A DNA stretch of 58,931 nt from Faecousia sp. (GCA_051867315.1 JBJDYM010000271.1:1-58931); one strand, 5' to 3'. Counted from the first letter of the stretch, positions 26,491-35,741 are shown. Notes: generated by a model not told the origin, from the sequence alone. Translations and numbers: made by a program.

Positions 26491-28869
26491 TTATGCAAAT
26501 TCCGCAATGGTAACGCCGTCTTCCCCTTCTCCATAGACCCCAAGACGGAATTTTTTCACGAACTTGTTACGCTTCAGGGACTGGTGAACAGCCTGACGCA
26601 GTGCGCCGGTTCCCTTGCCGTGGATGATCCGTACAGAAGAGAGCTTTGCCCGCATGGCCTCGTCCATATATCGGTCCAGCACGCAGATTGCCTCCACGGT
26701 ATCCATGCCCCGCAAATCGATTTCCGAGGACATGGCGGCCATTTTCATCTCCCGGCCGGAGTGGGCCGGATGGCCGCCCTTGGCCTTATAGGGATTTTCA
26801 TTTTCCAGCAGATAGATTTCATCCGCTTTGGCGGTAAGCTTCATGATACCGGCCTGGAGCTGGTAGGTACCATCCTTGTTGATTGCAAGGACACTGGCTT
26901 TCATGCCCAGCTTTAAAAGCTCCACGGTGTCCCCCACCAGGATCTCCCGGGTGGGTTGGGGACGGGCCTTTACCGGCTGATTGGCCCGGATGCGGTCCTC
27001 CGTCTCGTTCAGGGCCCGGCGCAGCTCCGCCTGACGCTGGTTGATGCCGGTGGTATCGGCACTGTCCTGGAGCTGCTTGCGCAGGGCCTTCAGCTCTTCG
27101 GAGGCCAGGTTGGCAGCAGCCCGGGCTTCCTCAATGATTCCCTGAGCCTCCCGGCGGGCGGATTCCATGGCCTTTTCCTTTTCCTTGCGCAGCTGGGCCT
27201 GGTATTCCTCGCTCTGCTGCTTGATCTTGGCGGTTTCCTGTTTCAGCCGTTCGGCCTCGTAGCGGGCGTTTTCCATTTGCTGGCGCTGCTGCTCCAGCTG
27301 GGAAAGCACATCCTCAAAATCCTTGTCGCTTTTTCCCACCAGATCGCTGGCTTCCTTCAAAATGTCCTCCGGAAGCCCCAGCTTTCTGGAAATGGCAAAG
27401 GCGTTGGATTTGCCGGGGATTCCAATCAACAGCTTGTAGGTGGGCTGCAGCGTCTCCACGTCGAACTCACAGGAGGCGTTGATAACACCCTGGGTGCGCA
27501 TGGCATAGAGCTTGAGCTCGGCATAGTGGGTAGTGGCCACCACCCGGCTTCCCATTTTCCGGCTGAACTCAATCAGCGCAATGGCCAGGGCTGCGCCCTC
27601 CGCCGGATCGGTACCGGCTCCCAGCTCGTCGTAGAGTACCAAGGTACGGTCGTCGCACTGCTCCACCACATCCACGATGGTTCTCATGTGGCTGGAGAAG
27701 GTGGACAGGCTCTGGGCAATGGATTGCTCGTCGCCGATGTCAGCCAGGATGGCATCAAAGGTGGAAAGCACGCTGCCATCCCCGGCGGGGACATGGAGGC
27801 CGCACTCCGCCATCAGCGTCAGCAGGCCGATGGTTTTCAATGTGACGGTTTTGCCGCCGGTATTGGGACCGGTGATGATCATGGTATCGAAGTCGGAGCC
27901 CAGCCGCAAAGAGATGGGCACCACCTTCTTGGGATCGATCAGCGGATGGCGGGCGTTGCGAAGCTCCACCTTGCCGGTATCATTCATGATGGGGGCCCAG
28001 GCCCGCATTCTGTAGGCCAGCTTTGCTTTGGCGAAAATCACATCCAGCTGCACCAGCAGGCTATAGTCCAGGTTGATGTCCTCGGCATGGGCGGCTGCCT
28101 CGCTGGACAGCTCGGCCAAAATCCGCTCGATCTCCTTCTTTTCCTTCAGTTCCAGCTCCCGCAGTGCGTTGTTGGCGTTCACGGCGGACATGGGCTCCAC
28201 AAAATAGGTGGAACCGGTGGCGGAGACATCATGCACCAGACCCGGAACGTCATTTTTACACTCCGCCTTCACGGGAACAACGTACCGTCCCTGACGAATG
28301 GTGATGATGGGCTCCCGGAGAAACTTGCTATAGGCCGGGGAAGAAATGACCTTTTGCAGGCTGTCCCGGATCTTTCCGGCCTGAATGCGCATATGGCGGC
28401 GGATATCCGCCAGTTCGGAGGACGCGGTGTCTGCGATCTCCTCCTCCGAAAGGATTGCACCGAAGATCCGGTCTTCCAAATACTTATTGGGGGTCAGCCC
28501 ATTGAACAGGGAATCCAGCACGGTGGCCTTGTCGTCTTCCGACACATAGCCCTTGATGGTTCTGGCGCACCGGAGCACGCCACCGATGGTGAGCAGCTCC
28601 TTGGGCTGGAGGCTTCCGCCCCGGTCCGCCCGTTCCAGGCTGAAGGACACATCGCATACATTGGAAAAAACCGGATTCCCCTTTCGGGTGCACAGATCGG
28701 AGGCCGCCGTGGTCTGCTGGAGCATCAGCTCCACCTCCTCCAGATCGGAGGTGGGACGAAGCTGCCGGCAGCTCTCCTTTCCGCCCTCGCTTCCGGCGCA
28801 ATCGGCCAGCAGCGAAAGCACCTGATCCAGCTCCAGCTTGATCAGGGATTTCTCATATAGTTCAGACAT
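26491..28869 (-). CDS. mutS2: Endonuclease MutS2 (ribosome collision sensor family)
   Basis: ITGPNTGGKT, IGDEQSIAQSLSTFSSHM, DELGAGTDP and C-terminal Smr domain IDLRG...IIHGKGTGALR. Confidence 0.97.
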   Translation of the reverse strand: MSELYEKSLIKLELDQVLSLLADCAGSEGGKESCRQLRPTSDLEEVELMLQQTTAASDLCTRKGNPVFSNVCDVSFSLERADRGGSLQPKELLTIGGVLRCARTIKGYVSEDDKATVLDSLFNGLTPNKYLEDRIFGAILSEEEIADTASSELADIRRHMRIQAGKIRDSLQKVISSPAYSKFLREPIITIRQGRYVVPVKAECKNDVPGLVHDVSATGSTYFVEPMSAVNANNALRELELKEKKEIERILAELSSEAAAHAEDINLDYSLLVQLDVIFAKAKLAYRMRAWAPIMNDTGKVELRNARHPLIDPKKVVPISLRLGSDFDTMIITGPNTGGKTVTLKTIGLLTLMAECGLHVPAGDGSVLSTFDAILADIGDEQSIAQSLSTFSSHMRTIVDVVEQCDDRTLVLYDELGAGTDPAEGAALAIALIEFSRKMGSRVVATTHYAELKLYAMRTQGVINASCEFDVETLQPTYKLLIGIPGKSNAFAISRKLGLPEDILKEASDLVGKSDKDFEDVLSQLEQQRQQMENARYEAERLKQETAKIKQQSEEYQAQLRKEKEKAMESARREAQGIIEEARAAANLASEELKALRKQLQDSADTTGINQRQAELRRALNETEDRIRANQPVKARPQPTREILVGDTVELLKLGMKASVLAINKDGTYQLQAGIMKLTAKADEIYLLENENPYKAKGGHPAHSGREMKMAAMSSEIDLRGMDTVEAICVLDRYMDEAMRAKLSSVRIIHGKGTGALRQAVHQSLKRNKFVKKFRLGVYGEGEDGVTIAEFA

Positions 28870-28883
28870 TTTGATCTCCTAAA

Positions 28884-29651
28884 TTATGTAGATTCCATAT
28901 TCTCATGGTTCAGACACAGAGATTTATAGTAATCCAGCGCCGAAAACCCCCGTTCCAGCTGGGTGGTCAGGAAGCCCTCCGTCAGCTCCGAAAGCCGGTG
29001 CAGCTCCGCCCGGTTCAGCCGGAAGGAAAAAAGCTTTTTGGGGTCGCAAAAGCAAATGTAGCGCATGGCATCCAGTATCCCAGGCGTCACCGGCAATCGG
29101 ATACCGGAGGAGGAAGTGTCCCGGCAGAGCTGGCATTCCAGCAGGCCGGAGGATAAATCGAACCGGTCCGGTGTTTGGCTTCCGCAGACATGGCAGCCGA
29201 ACAAATCCGGGGTGTAACCGGAAAGGCAGGCGGCGCGAAGCTCAAAGACGGCCTTGACCTGATCTGATGGGAGGTTCAGGTCGGAAAGGCCGTAAAGGCA
29301 GTTCAGCAGCAGCGACTGGAGCTCCGGTGTGGGATAATCCTCCTGGGACAGAACCTCCGCCGCCTGGGCAAAATAAGAGGCCAGCGAAAGCTGCTCCAAA
29401 TCTCCACGGAGGTTTTGAAACAGATTCAGAACGTGGGCCTCGTTGATGGAGTACTGGCCCCGGTATTCAAATACGGTGAACTCCCCATAGGCAAGGAGCT
29501 GGCATACCGCGGCAAGGGGACTGTTCTTCCGGCGCAGCCCTCTTGCCTTCACGGTGAGTTTTCCGTGCTTTTTGGTCAAAACCGTAAGCAGCGCGTCATG
29601 GTCATTGTAGTCCGACACTCTGAGGACGATACCCTGGATCGTCAGGTACAT
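28884..29651 (-). CDS. recO: DNA repair protein RecO
   Basis: GIVLR...HGKLTVKARG OB fold and CHVCG...CQLC zinc finger. Follows era. Confidence 0.94.
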   Translation of the reverse strand: MYLTIQGIVLRVSDYNDHDALLTVLTKKHGKLTVKARGLRRKNSPLAAVCQLLAYGEFTVFEYRGQYSINEAHVLNLFQNLRGDLEQLSLASYFAQAAEVLSQEDYPTPELQSLLLNCLYGLSDLNLPSDQVKAVFELRAACLSGYTPDLFGCHVCGSQTPDRFDLSSGLLECQLCRDTSSSGIRLPVTPGILDAMRYICFCDPKKLFSFRLNRAELHRLSELTEGFLTTQLERGFSALDYYKSLCLNHENMEST

Positions 29652-29745
29652 GATTTCCCTCCGTTTTCAGCGCGGCGCTGTAGAGCAGATATGCCTCCGG
29701 TGCACCGGTTTCCAGGAAAACATTCCAAAAATCTTCCGCTTTCAT
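29602..29745 (-). CDS. yqzL: YqzL-family small protein (47 aa), absent from ORF track
   Basis: Manual translation MKAEDFWNVFLETGAPEAYLLYSAALKTEGNHVPDDPGYRPQSVGLQ*. GGAGGG RBS, WxxFxxTGxxxxYLL motif, canonical era-yqzL-recO position. Confidence 0.85.
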   Translation of the reverse strand: MKAEDFWNVFLETGAPEAYLLYSAALKTEGNHVPDDPGYRPQSVGLQ

Positions 29746-29798
29746 TCCAATCCCTCCGGGAATAGGATTTGCAGCCGGAATGGGAATACTCCTGGTAA

Positions 29799-30686
29799 TT
29801 ATTCACTATAGCCAAAATTGCGAACCAGGAAGTCACTGTCCCGCCAGTTTTCCTTCACCTTGACCCAGGTGGTCAGATACACCTTGGTGCCCATGAATTT
29901 TTCGCAGTCCGCCCGGGCCATGGAGGAAATCTTTTTCAGCATCTCGCCGCCCTTGCCGATGATGATGCCCTTGTGACTGGCCTTCTCGCAGTAGATGGTG
30001 GCATCAATATCGATGATTCCATTGTCCCGCTCCGAGAATTTGGTGATCTCCACGGCGGTTCCGTGGGGCACCTCCCGGTCCAGGCACCACAATAGCTTTT
30101 CCCGGATGATTTCCGCCATCACCTGGCGCTCAGGCTGGTCCGTGGTGATGTCCTCCGGAAACAGGAAGGGGCCCTCCACAGCATACTTTTCACACACTGC
30201 CAGCAGATCGTCCACTCCGTCGCCGGTTTTGGCGGAAATGGGAATGATGGCGTCGAAATCAGCCTTCTGGGCATAGACCTGGATCACTTCCAGCAGCTTG
30301 TCTTTCTCTACGGTATCAATTTTGTTGATGGCCAGAACGGCGGGGCACCGGCTGCCCTGGATTTTCTGCAGCAGTCCCTCCTCCTGGGGGCCGATGGAGG
30401 CGATGGGCTCCACCACCAGAATGGTAAGGTCCACGTCGGCGATGGACTCCTGAGCCACGTTCACCATATAATCGCCCAGCTTGGTTCTGGCCCGGTGGTA
30501 GCCCGGGGTATCCACGAATACGAACTGAGTGTCACCCCGGGTGACGATGCCGCAGATCCGGTTCCGGGTGGTCTGGGGCTTGTTGGAAACGATGGCGATT
30601 TTTTCCCCCACCAGATAGTTGGTCAGGGTGGACTTGCCCACATTGGGGCGGCCGGCAATGGTGATCATTGCGGTTTTTGTTTTCAT
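29799..30686 (-). CDS. era: GTPase Era
   Basis: GRPNVGKST, KPQTTR, DTPG, NKID and KH domain GIIIGKGG. Confidence 0.98.
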   Translation of the reverse strand: MKTKTAMITIAGRPNVGKSTLTNYLVGEKIAIVSNKPQTTRNRICGIVTRGDTQFVFVDTPGYHRARTKLGDYMVNVAQESIADVDLTILVVEPIASIGPQEEGLLQKIQGSRCPAVLAINKIDTVEKDKLLEVIQVYAQKADFDAIIPISAKTGDGVDDLLAVCEKYAVEGPFLFPEDITTDQPERQVMAEIIREKLLWCLDREVPHGTAVEITKFSERDNGIIDIDATIYCEKASHKGIIIGKGGEMLKKISSMARADCEKFMGTKVYLTTWVKVKENWRDSDFLVRNFGYSE

Positions 30687-30713
30687 ATGAAATCTCCTGT
30701 ATTCTTTGTTATA

Positions 30714-31214
30714 TCAGTCCCGCTGCATGCCCGGGATCTGAGAAGCAATGGCCTCTTCCCTGCTGCGCATTTGGCGCTTTTGCGCTCCTTCGTCCAGATG
30801 GTCATAGCCCAACAGGTGGAGCATGGAGTGGATGGTCAGATACCCCACCTCCCGTTTGGTGCTGTGGCCGAATTCCTTTGCCTGGGCAACGGCCCGCTCC
30901 AGGCTGATGCACATATCCCCCAGGGGGCACAATCCGGTGCCGGGGTCGATGTACTCCCCCCAGTCCTGGGGCGGCGCACCGGCAGTCAGGTTGAACATGG
31001 GAAAGCTGAGCACGTCGGTGGGCTTATCAATATTTCTGCTGGCTTTGTTGATGGTTTGAATTCCAGAGTCGTCGGTAATCAGCACGTTGATTTCACAGGG
31101 GACGGTGATCCCCTCAGCCTTCAGCGTTTCATTGATGCAGGTTCGGATGTTGGCGCCGATGACCAGCTTTTGGAGAAGATTCCCCTCAAAAACCAGATTG
31201 ATTTTATTTCTCAT
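30714..31214 (-). CDS. ybeY: rRNA maturation endoribonuclease YbeY
   Basis: DKPTDVLSFP, LGDMCIS and HSMLHLLGYDH motifs. Confidence 0.96.
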   Translation of the reverse strand: MRNKINLVFEGNLLQKLVIGANIRTCINETLKAEGITVPCEINVLITDDSGIQTINKASRNIDKPTDVLSFPMFNLTAGAPPQDWGEYIDPGTGLCPLGDMCISLERAVAQAKEFGHSTKREVGYLTIHSMLHLLGYDHLDEGAQKRQMRSREEAIASQIPGMQRD

Positions 31215-32230
31215 GATTTTTTCCTCTGATACGGCCCATTGAATTCCCGGGGCTTATTCTTTTCCTCCGCCTTCTGGGCGGCCCGCTCGTAGGCGTTGAT
31301 GATTTCCTGAACCAGTGCATGGCGCACCACATCGGCGGAGGTCAGGCGGCAGATGGCAATATCCTTGACCCCATCCAGGACCCGGATGGCATCCTTCAAG
31401 CCGGAGGTTTTGTCATCCGGCAAATCAATCTGGGTAATGTCGCCGGTGATCACGATTTTGGAACCGAAGCCCAGCCGGGTGAGGAACATTTTCATCTGCT
31501 CCCGGGTGGTGTTCTGAGCTTCGTCCAGAATGATGAAGCTGTCGTCCAGGGTGCGGCCGCGCATGTAGGCCAGGGGCGCCACCTCGATGGAGCCCCGCTC
31601 CTGGTATTTCTGGAAGGTTTCGGCACCCAGCATGTCGTACAGGGCGTCATACAGCGGGCGAAGATAGGGGTCAACCTTGTTCTGCAAATCGCCGGGAAGA
31701 AAGCCCAGCCGCTCCCCTGCCTCCACCGCCGGGCGGGTCAGCACAATTCGGTTGACGGTCCTTTCCCGGAAAGCAGCCACGGCGGCGGCGACGGCCAGAT
31801 AGGTTTTGCCGGTACCGGCAGGGCCCACGCCGATGGTCACGGTATTCTGGCCGATGGCCTTCATGTATTTCTGCTGACCGACGGTCTTGGCCTTAATGGG
31901 TTTACCCTTGGCGGTGATGCACACCACGTCCTTGGTCATCTGAGCCACCTGCTGGTCGTTGCCCTCGTTGACCAGGGTAATGAGATAGCGCACCCGCTGT
32001 TCGTCAATGGTCTCCCCTTTGGAGGCCAAGGACAGCAATCCTTCCAGGGTGCGGACGGCTTTGTCCACCATCTCCTCGTCGCCGGAAACCTTCAGGTCCG
32101 TCCCCCGGTTGATGATGCGGACATTCATGGCATCCTCAATTCTTTTTATGTTCTCATCGAAGGACCCGAAAACGGCGATGACATCCTCCAGACGATCCGC
32201 ATTGACAATTCTTTCAATCACTTTGCTCAT
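31211..32230 (-). CDS. phoH: PhoH family ATPase (YbeZ/YqfE)
   Basis: GPAGTGKTYLA, RPAVEAGERLGFLPGD, PLAYMRGRT and DEAQN motifs. Start 32230 chosen by RBS spacing (alternative 32242). Confidence 0.95.
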   Translation of the reverse strand: MSKVIERIVNADRLEDVIAVFGSFDENIKRIEDAMNVRIINRGTDLKVSGDEEMVDKAVRTLEGLLSLASKGETIDEQRVRYLITLVNEGNDQQVAQMTKDVVCITAKGKPIKAKTVGQQKYMKAIGQNTVTIGVGPAGTGKTYLAVAAAVAAFRERTVNRIVLTRPAVEAGERLGFLPGDLQNKVDPYLRPLYDALYDMLGAETFQKYQERGSIEVAPLAYMRGRTLDDSFIILDEAQNTTREQMKMFLTRLGFGSKIVITGDITQIDLPDDKTSGLKDAIRVLDGVKDIAICRLTSADVVRHALVQEIINAYERAAQKAEEKNKPREFNGPYQRKKS

Positions 32231-33407
32231 GCTGGGCTCCATTCTCCAAACGTTCCCTGCCGATCATCTCGGTGCAGATGTACTGCCCGTTCAGCAGATA
32301 CACGCCGGGCTTTGTCTCCATGACCTCGTCGGCATAGGAGACGGTTCCGGCAATCATTTGGTCTGATAAATAGTTTTGGGAAAAAGCAATCAGCTCATCC
32401 CGGGCAGTTTCCTCGTCCACGTTTTCCTCTGCTTCTGAATACCAGGACAGGGTTTCACAGGCAATGGACACGGGCAACGTAAAGCCTCCCGGAAGGGTTA
32501 AACGGTATTCCCTGCTTATTCTACCACAACTGCTATCCCAAATTCCACTATCTTTCCATAAATTTATTCGTTTTTTTCCCAGGATGATGGTATACCGCCG
32601 CTGCTCACGCTGCTGCTCCCGGGTCTGGCATGAAGAAGGCGTAACTGTCTGAACAGTTCTCAGGGTCTGGGCATACACTTCCCCCTGGGCCCGGTCTGCC
32701 CGGATACAGATACCGCAGTCCGTATAGCCGGAGATCAAAATCTGGCCCTTCTTTACCGCCTGCCCCTCCCGGCACTGGGCAGTACCCTGCAGTGCAGTGA
32801 AGGATTGAATGATTCCGTCCCGGTCAGCGATGATGCTGCTCACCATTTTGGAATCCTGCTTCAGCGGTTCGGCAGCGGCTCGTTCCTGCACGGAAATCAC
32901 AGCTTTGCAGCCGTAGGTGTTAATTCCTGCCCATTGCAGCTCCGGGATGGCGGAAAGCAGCGCATTTTTCATTTTCTCACTGCGCACCTGGGCACAGGGG
33001 GTAAACAGTTTGATTCCGGCCTCATCCGCCGCCTCCAGAATTTTTCTGGTGGGGATGATTTGATTGCCCTCCACTTCTACCACCAGAATCCTTGTGGGGA
33101 GCAGCAAACTGATCGCAAAGAAAAGGAACAGGCCCATATACAGCACCGGACGCTGAAGAATGCTCTGCTGAACAGCGTGAAGGAAGGTCTTCTGAACCAG
33201 GGCAATCCGGTCTCCCCTTTTTTCCAGAAGCGCCCGGAGCGCAGAAAAATGTTTCCGATTGATTTCAAAGGAAAATGTAAGATCATCCTCCTGCCGGACG
33301 TGAAAAACAGGAATGGAGTGATCGTTCAGCAGCCGAATGCTTCCCCAGATGTTGGCACTGGTAACCCGGATTCGGACTCTGTCTCTGGCAGAACGCATGT
33401 ACTTCAT
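32214..33407 (-). CDS. yqfD: Sporulation protein YqfD (stage IV)
   Basis: Single TM helix, VEVEGN, WAGINTYG and VKKGQILISG. yqfC-yqfD-phoH synteny. Confidence 0.88.
   Translation of the reverse strand: MKYMRSARDRVRIRVTSANIWGSIRLLNDHSIPVFHVRQEDDLTFSFEINRKHFSALRALLEKRGDRIALVQKTFLHAVQQSILQRPVLYMGLFLFFAISLLLPTRILVVEVEGNQIIPTRKILEAADEAGIKLFTPCAQVRSEKMKNALLSAIPELQWAGINTYGCKAVISVQERAAAEPLKQDSKMVSSIIADRDGIIQSFTALQGTAQCREGQAVKKGQILISGYTDCGICIRADRAQGEVYAQTLRTVQTVTPSSCQTREQQREQRRYTIILGKKRINLWKDSGIWDSSCGRISREYRLTLPGGFTLPVSIACETLSWYSEAEENVDEETARDELIAFSQNYLSDQMIAGTVSYADEVMETKPGVYLLNGQYICTEMIGRERLENGAQHEQSD
32518..32547 (-). promoter_or_regulatory. Candidate intragenic sigmaA-type promoter in yqfD pointing at the phoH operon
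   Basis: TGGAAT-18 nt-TAGAAT with TGTGG extended -10 in an AT-rich coding patch. Confidence 0.55.
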
Positions 33408-33688
33408 GGATCATCCCTCCGAAGCAGACAAATACTGTCGATCCGACCGGTGACAATCAGCTTCACCCTGGTCATGTGCTCCAGCATCAGTCCGCAGCCG
33501 CAGATTCTGATTTCTCCGTACTTCATTTTGATTCCAATCATTTCCGTGGAATATTGGGTCACCCCAAGGTGGTTTTCCACCAGAACCCGGTGGCTTCCGG
33601 CAAGCTCCACAATCGGCACAATGGGAAAGAGCTCCGGGTTCACGGCTTTCTCCGGCAGGTAATCCTTGAGCCTCCGTCTGGGCATCAT
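33404..33688 (-). CDS. yqfC: YabP/YqfC family sporulation protein
   Basis: PIVELAG...VENHLGVTQYS...VTGRIDSI. GAGGTG RBS, upstream of yqfD. Confidence 0.85.
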   Translation of the reverse strand: MMPRRRLKDYLPEKAVNPELFPIVPIVELAGSHRVLVENHLGVTQYSTEMIGIKMKYGEIRICGCGLMLEHMTRVKLIVTGRIDSICLLRRDDP

Positions 33689-33710
33689 CGCATCACCTCT
33701 TGTGGAAAGC

Positions 33711-33743
33711 ATATGTATGGAGGAGGTTTCTTTTGCATAGATT
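33711..33743. promoter_or_regulatory. Symmetric bidirectional sigmaE-type promoter (yqfC and ylbJ)
   Basis: TATG-16 nt-CATA. Plus strand reads ATG-16-CATAGATT and minus strand reads ATG-16-CATACATA. Confidence 0.6.
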
Positions 33744-33761
33744 CTTCCGAGGTGAAGCGCA

Positions 33762-34742
33762 TTGGAAAAAAGGAAATGGTTTGCCGCCGTGGCGGCTTCG
33801 GCAGGGATGCTGGCATTGATCCTGGACAGCAGGACAGCCTTCTCAGGCGCAGCTCAGGGAGTGGAGCTCTGTTTAAAGACCGTCATTCCGTCCCTATTCC
33901 CCTTTCTGTTCTTATCCGGGATTTTCTCCGCAGCATTTATGGGAACAGAGCTGCATGCTCTTCGTTTTTTGGGAAAAGCCTTTGCGCTTCCGTCACAAAT
34001 GGAATATCTTCTGGTCCCAGCCTTTCTGGGGGGATATCCGGTTGGAGCCCAGTGTGTTTCCGATGCTTACGCCTCCGGCCTTATCAGCCAAAGAGGGGCA
34101 GAAAAAATGCTGGCCTTCTGCAGCAATGTGGGGCCAGCCTTTGTATTCGGAATTCTCTCTTCCAAATTTCATCGAAAAACGCTGATCTGGGCGATTTGGG
34201 TGATTCAAATCCTCAGTGCCTGGACGGCTGCCAGGCTCTTCGCAGATCCCGAAGGGGACGCCAAACCGGAAATGAGTGCCGGAAATGCCTCTCAATTCGG
34301 AATCGAGCCGGCGATTGGCGCCATGTTCAAAATCTGCGGCTGGGTCATTCTGTTCAGAGTCGTCATTGCCTTTTTGGACCGGTGGATCTTTTGGGCCGTC
34401 GGCGCTGCGGGCCGTGTGGCGATGATCGGGCTGCTGGAGCTGTCCAATGGGTGCTGCTGCCTGAATCTCATTTCCCAGGAAGGGGGGCGGTTTGTGATCT
34501 GCAACGCTCTGCTGGCCTTCGGTGGGCTTTGCGTTGCCTACCAGACGGCATCCGTCTGCCGGGGTCTTCGTCTTCGGTATTATTTTGCCGGAAAGGCCTT
34601 GCAGGGGATTACCGCTGCTTTTCTTTCCGCCGCTTTTTTCTATCAGCTCTGGGCCCTCCTCCCTGCCTGGGTGGCAGCGACGCTGCTTGTATCGAAATGT
34701 TTGCAAAAAAAGAGTAGAAATCCTGTATTACTTGGTGTATAA
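33762..34742 (+). CDS. ylbJ: Sporulation integral membrane protein YlbJ-like
   Basis: VIPSLFPF, LGGYPVGA, CSNVGPAF, GLLELSNG and FGGLCVAYQ motifs. TTG start behind GAGGTG. Confidence 0.88.
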   Translation: MEKRKWFAAVAASAGMLALILDSRTAFSGAAQGVELCLKTVIPSLFPFLFLSGIFSAAFMGTELHALRFLGKAFALPSQMEYLLVPAFLGGYPVGAQCVSDAYASGLISQRGAEKMLAFCSNVGPAFVFGILSSKFHRKTLIWAIWVIQILSAWTAARLFADPEGDAKPEMSAGNASQFGIEPAIGAMFKICGWVILFRVVIAFLDRWIFWAVGAAGRVAMIGLLELSNGCCCLNLISQEGGRFVICNALLAFGGLCVAYQTASVCRGLRLRYYFAGKALQGITAAFLSAAFFYQLWALLPAWVAATLLVSKCLQKKSRNPVLLGV

Positions 34743-34743
34743 T
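34715..34743 (+). promoter_or_regulatory. Candidate sigmaA-type promoter in the 3' end of ylbJ
   Basis: TAGAAA-17 nt-TATAAT upstream of a GGAGG RBS. Confidence 0.55.
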
Positions 34744-34771
34744 ATTTCTTAGAAAAATGGAGGAATGAGTT

Positions 34772-34987
34772 ATGCTGTTTCGTAAAAAGATAGAACGCGC
34801 CTGCTCCTACTGCGCTTACGGCGCAAAGCTTGATGACGGCGCGTATCTTTGCAGCAAGCGGGGCCTGAAGCGCGGAGATGACAGCTGCCGCAAATTCCGG
34901 TACGACCCCTGCAAGCGCATCCCCTTCAAAGCAAAGGCAATGGACTTCTCACAATTCAAGGACAGTGACTTTTCATTGGATGAATAG
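34772..34987 (+). CDS. Small Cys-rich hypothetical protein (putative metal binding)
   Basis: GGAGG RBS. CSYC...C...C...YDPCKR pattern, followed by a terminator. Confidence 0.75.
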   Translation: MLFRKKIERACSYCAYGAKLDDGAYLCSKRGLKRGDDSCRKFRYDPCKRIPFKAKAMDFSQFKDSDFSLDE

Positions 34988-34999
34988 CTGCCCACAGCC

Positions 35000-35038
35000 A
35001 ATTCCCGTTCAAAGCGAATGCTTTGAACGGGAATTTTT
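35000..35038. terminator. Terminator between the small Cys protein gene and convergent yunB
   Basis: 16-bp perfect stem AATTCCCGTTCAAAGC/GCTTTGAACGGGAATT followed by a T tract. Confidence 0.85.
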
Positions 35039-35045
35039 ATGGAAT

Positions 35046-35696
35046 TTATGGAAAAAGCTTTTCGGGAACAACCTCTCCACCGGCTTGAATGAAGGTGTTT
35101 GGAACGTCTCCTACAATTACGGTCTCGGCAACAACCACCTGGCTGGAAACGGAAAAGGTGCTGGTCTCTCCCAGCACCAGCACCGCCGCGTCCACATTGA
35201 TCTCCATCACGAGCTGATGCAGCGTTTGGTTGATTCCGGCCTGGTAAAAATTGCTGGTAAAAGAGGCCTCACTGTTTCGAATGGCAAGGATATGCACCGG
35301 GATTGCCGGGCCCCTGCCGGAGAAGAATTCCGGAAGAAACAAACTGCCGATGGGGATTCCGATGTCGGCTGCGTCCAGAGAGAGGATTTGGCCGTTGATG
35401 ATGTTCAGAATATCCGTTTTCAGGCGGTTGATTTCCCCGATGTTGGTTTTCAGCGCCGTGATCCGGCCGTTCAGATCCTTTTCAAAATAGACAATACGGT
35501 CATATTGGATGGTGCCGTTTTCAATCTGCTTGGCAATGGCGTCATTGGCCAGATCCGATGTGGCGTTTTTCACACTGGTTTCCGCCAGATCCCGGATGGT
35601 CAGGCGATATTTGCTCCGCAGTAAGAAAAACGAGGCAAACAGAATGACGATGAAAACAAGAAAAAAGATACGTATTTTTTTCAGCCTTTTCCGCAT
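35046..35696 (-). CDS. yunB: Sporulation protein YunB
   Basis: N-terminal TM helix, GIPIGSL...GRGPAIPV, AGINQTLHQ and ETVIVGDVPNTF motifs. Confidence 0.93.
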   Translation of the reverse strand: MRKRLKKIRIFFLVFIVILFASFFLLRSKYRLTIRDLAETSVKNATSDLANDAIAKQIENGTIQYDRIVYFEKDLNGRITALKTNIGEINRLKTDILNIINGQILSLDAADIGIPIGSLFLPEFFSGRGPAIPVHILAIRNSEASFTSNFYQAGINQTLHQLVMEINVDAAVLVLGETSTFSVSSQVVVAETVIVGDVPNTFIQAGGEVVPEKLFP

Positions 35697-35714
35697 GATG
35701 CTCCCCTCCGGGAA

Positions 35715-35741
35715 AGACTATGCGGGAAAAAGGAAAACCAT
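35715..35741 (-). promoter_or_regulatory. Candidate sigmaE-type promoter of yunB
   Basis: ATG-16 nt-CATAGTCT, the same geometry as the yqfC/ylbJ promoter. Confidence 0.5.

Noticed and set aside
26956-28860. Long antisense ORFs opposite mutS2 (also opposite nrdD 18563-20233, pcrA 36434-38113, kinase 56067-57887, aminopeptidase 9296-10825, ackA, hflX, galM)
   Set aside because: All mirror well-supported genes and have the residue composition typical of antisense frames.
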